Under the pieces are notes generated by a model. It saw nothing but the letters and a program-made list of their open reading frames with translations. It did not search any database and was not told the DNA's origin. From the NCBI GenBank assembly GCA_039811685.1, contig JBDHZC010000004.1:32001-96000 (forward strand): a stretch of 64,000 bases of DNA, given 5' to 3'. Positions 60,495 through 64,000 of the stretch are shown here, one piece after another; position 1 is the stretch's first letter, and each line of letters opens with the position of its first letter. Source of the stretch: Armatimonadota bacterium. Its GTDB lineage: Bacteria > Armatimonadota > UBA5829 > DSUL01. Both the position numbers and the translations under genes were made by a program.

Positions 60495-61829
60495 TCAAGG
60501 CGTGTGAAGAACCCTCACGTCATCCTTGTCCGCAGCGTGCAGCGCTGGTCCGCCAGCGCCCACGCGTACCGGCGCGGTCACGCTTACCAGCGCTCCGACA
60601 GGCGGCATATCGTCCTGCGTCAGGACAGTTGCTGTGGAGCCATCCTCACCCGCGATCTGGAACCGGCCGGCCTCCAGCGCGGACACATGTCCCCATGTCC
60701 TCACAAACAGCCCGTCAAGTCCCAGACCAACGGATGGGTTAAGATGGCGCAATGACACAGTTAGCGCTTTGGGTTTCTGGGCTGTGTCCAGCACATCGTA
60801 GAAGAAGACTTCTATCTGTGATCCGTCCGCTGTGTGGCGCAACTTTCCGGTCACCCGGAGCCTTGCTCCCACTTCTACTGCGTCCATACCCGTTGCAAAC
60901 AGGCCGCTTGACCTGTCTGGCGCCTGGAGAAAGACGCCTCCGGGATAAACCCCCGTGACGATTGCCTGTGCTATTCGCACGATGCGCTCGTTCTCTTCGT
61001 GTCGCGCTTCACCGAGAGACTGTTCCGCTGGCATAACCGCCGCGGCAGCGTCAATGTCTGCTGACAGCTCGCCTGAGACTCCTGCAAAGTCGCCGGTCTT
61101 TGCGTCGGTCAGGCGGACATACTTCACCCAGTCCAGATGCGCCGGTATGACCTGTCCGCCACCGTCCAGCGCCGGAACTCCCGGAGCCGTCTCCACAACA
61201 GCCCACGCGATATCCATCGCGTCGCCGCCTCCAGAGCCTTCGTCAATCAACAGACTCGCCGGATCGTCTGCAAAGCTCGGCCGGTCGGGAACCGTATAGA
61301 ATTCCTCCGGGCGCACACCAGGCGGCAGCGGAAGTGTCGGTGTGTATTCAGCGTACCCTCGCAGAATCGTCGAAGACATTCCGATGTCCGGGTTTGGTGT
61401 GGGTGGGCTTTTCAGTGCGGCGGGCAGGATATTCGGCAGGATCAGATACCAGTTGACGCCGTCCTGGCTGACTTCCACGAACGCCGGCTCCTGCCACCGG
61501 ATGGCCGGGTCTCCGCCGCGCCAGAAGGCGTTTGAGAACACGATGAAGTCCAGTCCATGCGGGTTGCGGCCATCATCATAGATCGGATCATCAAACTGCA
61601 GGACCACATTCCCGCCATCACCCAGCGTAACCACCGAGTCCGGGCTGGGAGCCTCCACTGAGACTCCCACCGGCGGACCCAGCAGCCGCGCCGGGTTGCG
61701 GAACTCACCCTGCGACTGTCCCGGTCCCGGATTGTAAGAAGAGACCGCATCCACCCACGGCCAGGCAAGCAGCGGTTGCGCTGTCAGAAGCGCTCCGATC
61801 GCCGTCAGAAAGGCAGAAAGCCTTCTCAT
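60495..61829 (-). CDS. Secreted cell-surface protein, BtuH-like N-terminal domain plus C-terminal OB-fold-like repeats
   Basis: Signal peptide; Y.PGPGQ, VTLG.GG....FD..I.D, DFIVFSNAF, EPAFVEVS.DG..W, GD.MDIAWAV...VKYVR; tail G.FLQ.PDRSSG. Confidence 0.6.
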   Translation of the reverse strand: MRRLSAFLTAIGALLTAQPLLAWPWVDAVSSYNPGPGQSQGEFRNPARLLGPPVGVSVEAPSPDSVVTLGDGGNVVLQFDDPIYDDGRNPHGLDFIVFSNAFWRGGDPAIRWQEPAFVEVSQDGVNWYLILPNILPAALKSPPTPNPDIGMSSTILRGYAEYTPTLPLPPGVRPEEFYTVPDRPSFADDPASLLIDEGSGGGDAMDIAWAVVETAPGVPALDGGGQVIPAHLDWVKYVRLTDAKTGDFAGVSGELSADIDAAAAVMPAEQSLGEARHEENERIVRIAQAIVTGVYPGGVFLQAPDRSSGLFATGMDAVEVGARLRVTGKLRHTADGSQIEVFFYDVLDTAQKPKALTVSLRHLNPSVGLGLDGLFVRTWGHVSALEAGRFQIAGEDGSTATVLTQDDMPPVGALVSVTAPVRVGAGGPALHAADKDDVRVLHTP

Positions 61830-61830
61830 C

Positions 61831-62388
61831 TCAGCCCCGCTTTCGCAGCATCGCGATCACGCCCGTACCTACCGACAGAAGCGCGACGACCGAGGATGGC
61901 TCGGGAACGGGATTTGTGGGCACACGCGGAGCCACCGCGTCCGTCGTGAAGCTCGGGACAAAGCTCCATCCATCCCAGCTCCCATCCGAAAGAACTCTCT
62001 GTCCCGCTCCAACCTGTGAGTAGTTCCAGGCCGCCCCGTCATCGCTCAGCCAGTACGACCAGTAGGTGCCAAAGGTCCCTGTCACGGGCATGGGCGGATA
62101 AGCAAACGTGTCCACAAAAATGGATCCACCGCCATAGTCGCTGAGCCCGATGTCCAAGCCGGGTACCCCCGCGTCCAGGTCAGTCAGCATATCCGCTGCG
62201 GTTTTGGCGCCGTCATAGTGATAGGTGAACGCGAAATTGTACGTTCCCGAGTCAATCACCAGATAGCTCGTGTTAGCGCCGTTCCCGGCCGAGCCGCTGA
62301 AGAGCACGTCACCGGCATAGACCCGGTTTACCAGGGACATAGCGGCCACCGCGGCAGTCGCTGCTAGCAGGATTCTTGAGATTCTCAT
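61831..62388 (-). CDS. PEP-CTERM sorting-domain protein with DUF4430/transcobalamin-like motif
   Basis: Signal peptide; YWSYW....W.YS.VGA..R.L.DG.WDGW.F; VPEPSS + TM + RKR. Confidence 0.85.
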   Translation of the reverse strand: MRISRILLAATAAVAAMSLVNRVYAGDVLFSGSAGNGANTSYLVIDSGTYNFAFTYHYDGAKTAADMLTDLDAGVPGLDIGLSDYGGGSIFVDTFAYPPMPVTGTFGTYWSYWLSDDGAAWNYSQVGAGQRVLSDGSWDGWSFVPSFTTDAVAPRVPTNPVPEPSSVVALLSVGTGVIAMLRKRG

Positions 62389-62457
62389 TTGATTTCTCCC
62401 TTGTTGTCTGTATGCGCGGATGCGCGTATTAGCCCGGAGCGGCCACGTCAGGCAGCC

Positions 62458-63414
62458 TTACTCCAGGTCAAACAGGCTGTTATTCTTCGGTCCGAACCAC
62501 CCGATATGCGCGCTTGCGTTGTTCGCGCCGTAGGGGTTGTTGTCGTCGGTGAAGCTCATCTTCTCAGAGGAAACGTGACCATCACACCACGCGACGGTCG
62601 CGCATCCTGAATGGCGAAAGTGGGCGCTTGGATTCGGGCTGTAGGGCAGGGGGCCATCCGGGCTGGCGTAGAAGGGCGGCTCGACGAAGGAGTACTCATA
62701 GATGCGATTCGCCGCGCTTTGCGCAACGCCGGTATCCGCCAGCAGGACCGTATTGGCCGGATCAGCGACTTCAGATACCTTGGCGGTCTGAGTAGAGGCG
62801 CGTGGGTCTCCATAGGAGAACTTCTGATAGCTGGCGCCAATGCAGGTGTTGTTATAACCGTAGCCACCGCAACCGGCTTCGAAATTGTTCTTTCCTCCGG
62901 ATGCTGACGAAGGCATGCTCCTGCAGGTCTTGATGCCGCGGGACTTTCCGAGGTACGCCCACAGCGGCCCCTTCTCCGGTTCAAAGGCCTGCGCTGGACT
63001 TTGCCGGACGCCGTGCCAGCGAATCAGGCCTCCACCGGGGCCGCTGATGTCCGGAGCGCCGGGTACAAAGCGCCCACCGTTGTCATCAGCATACTGCAGC
63101 ATCGCCAGAGCCAGTTGATGGAGATTTGAGGAGCAGTCCGCGCGCTCAGCAGCCGCTCTGGCTCTTGCAAGTACCGGGAAGAGCATCGCAGCAAGGATCG
63201 CGATGATCGCAATCACAACCAGCAGCTCTATCAGCGTGAAGCCCGATCTACGCCGGGTCGCGCAAGGGTTTGCACCGGCCCCACGCGTGCACTTCGTTTG
63301 TGGAAAACTTATGTCGTTGTCTGGCTCTGAAAGGAGTGCGGTACACAAAAATACCCGCATCCTGGAGCAGAGCGGGTTAGAAACGCAGCATAGACCGCGT
63401 TGTCGCCTCGCCAT
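62458..63414 (-). CDS. Prepilin-type N-terminal cleavage/methylation protein (DUF1559, H-X9-DG C-terminus)
   Basis: [48 protein letters not shown]; true start uncertain. Confidence 0.9.
   Translation of the reverse strand: MARRQRGLCCVSNPLCSRMRVFLCTALLSEPDNDISFPQTKCTRGAGANPCATRRRSGFTLIELLVVIAIIAILAAMLFPVLARARAAAERADCSSNLHQLALAMLQYADDNGGRFVPGAPDISGPGGGLIRWHGVRQSPAQAFEPEKGPLWAYLGKSRGIKTCRSMPSSASGGKNNFEAGCGGYGYNNTCIGASYQKFSYGDPRASTQTAKVSEVADPANTVLLADTGVAQSAANRIYEYSFVEPPFYASPDGPLPYSPNPSAHFRHSGCATVAWCDGHVSSEKMSFTDDNNPYGANNASAHIGWFGPKNNSLFDLE
63345..63380 (-). terminator. Terminator-like hairpin in the riboswitch expression platform
   Basis: Minus strand ACCCGC...GCGGGT followed by ATTTTTG. Confidence 0.55.
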
Positions 63415-63479
63415 CTTTGCCTCCGAAGACGTGCTGAGTAAAAGGTCTCCGGCTTGCGTACAAAGTGACCGGAAACCCG

Positions 63480-63681
63480 GCGGTCAAGGCAGGTCTTCTG
63501 GCTCTCGGATCAATCGCATCTCACGCCTTCCCGCTCCGGCGTCTCCCGGAACAGTGGCTTGTCGTCTGCTGAAGCAGACCGGTGATCAGCGTCCCCGATT
63601 ACAGCGGCGGGCCCGCGATGGATTTGCACCATCTTCCCTTTTCAACCGCGTGCCTTAACAGCGCGCAGTCGCCTTAACCGC
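63480..63681 (-). ncRNA. Cobalamin riboswitch
   Basis: P1 GCGGTTAAGGC/GCCTTGACCGC; AAAAGGGAA, GGTGCAAATCC, CCGCTGTAA, AGCCACTG, GGGAAGGC, B12 box GAGCCAGAAGACCTGCC. Confidence 0.95.
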
Positions 63682-63704
63682 AGTTGATTTAGTTGTCTGG
63701 CTAA

Positions 63705-63733
63705 AGCATAAGCTCTGACGTGATGCTTGTCAA
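63705..63733 (-). promoter_or_regulatory. Sigma70 promoter of the riboswitch operon
   Basis: Minus strand TTGACA-N17-TATGCT. Confidence 0.75.
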
Positions 63734-63762
63734 GCCTATTTCAATCAAAAAGTGGCGGGATC

Positions 63763-63999
63763 TCATTTTGTAGCCCGCTCCGCACTCACCAAATCCACAA
63801 AATTAACTGTAATCTGTGCATCCGCTGCGTCTGTCGGGTCGATTCGGAGTGTTCGAACAGGGCCACTCCACAGCTTCTGTCCACTCATATCCACTCTGTA
63901 GGTACGGGTGCGGCCGTCTCCAGAGACGGGGAAATGCGCGCTTTGCTCCTCTGACATGGCGTCTCCAGACGTCCAGAATATCTGCCCGTTTTTGCCCGC
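63763..63999 (-). CDS. C-terminal fragment of a protein ending in a carbohydrate-binding-like beta domain (5' end beyond the window)
   Basis: Frame open to the window edge: GQIFW...TYRVDM....WSGPVRTLRIDP. Confidence 0.65.
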   Translation of the reverse strand, partial: AGKNGQIFWTSGDAMSEEQSAHFPVSGDGRTRTYRVDMSGQKLWSGPVRTLRIDPTDAADAQITVNFVDLVSAERATK

Positions 64000-64000
64000 A

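Overview
GC-rich bacterial chromosomal window from a diderm Terrabacteria-type organism. The SLH+beta-barrel porin, single lptF/G, DUF3084, PEP-CTERM, TIGR03790 and prepilin/H-X9-DG proteins suggest Armatimonadota, which is an inference. Most of the window is housekeeping: argC-argJ, hisS-aspS, an outer-membrane cluster (lptC/A/B/FG-DUF3084-YqgF-like-SLH porin), nth, metY-metX-metW, an A-type Fe-S carrier, folB, four tRNAs, tig-clpP-clpX-lon and tatD. No CRISPR array, rRNA, integrase or transposase was seen. The most interesting system is at the right end: a promoter and cobalamin riboswitch head a three-gene operon (pilin-like DUF1559/H-X9-DG protein, PEP-CTERM protein with a transcobalamin/DUF4430-like motif, secreted BtuH-like protein) that looks like an uncharacterised surface B12-capture module. 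Other items of note: a HydF paralogue lacking its GTPase and Fe-S motifs, an orphan double-zinc-finger anti-sigma next to a giant repeat-containing beta-barrel protein, an ECF sigma/anti-sigma/stand-alone STN trio, a ~70-nt candidate sRNA with anti-SD loops, two larger structured RNA candidates, and a frameshifted sugar-binding lipoprotein. All family assignments come from motif recognition by eye; no database searches were run.
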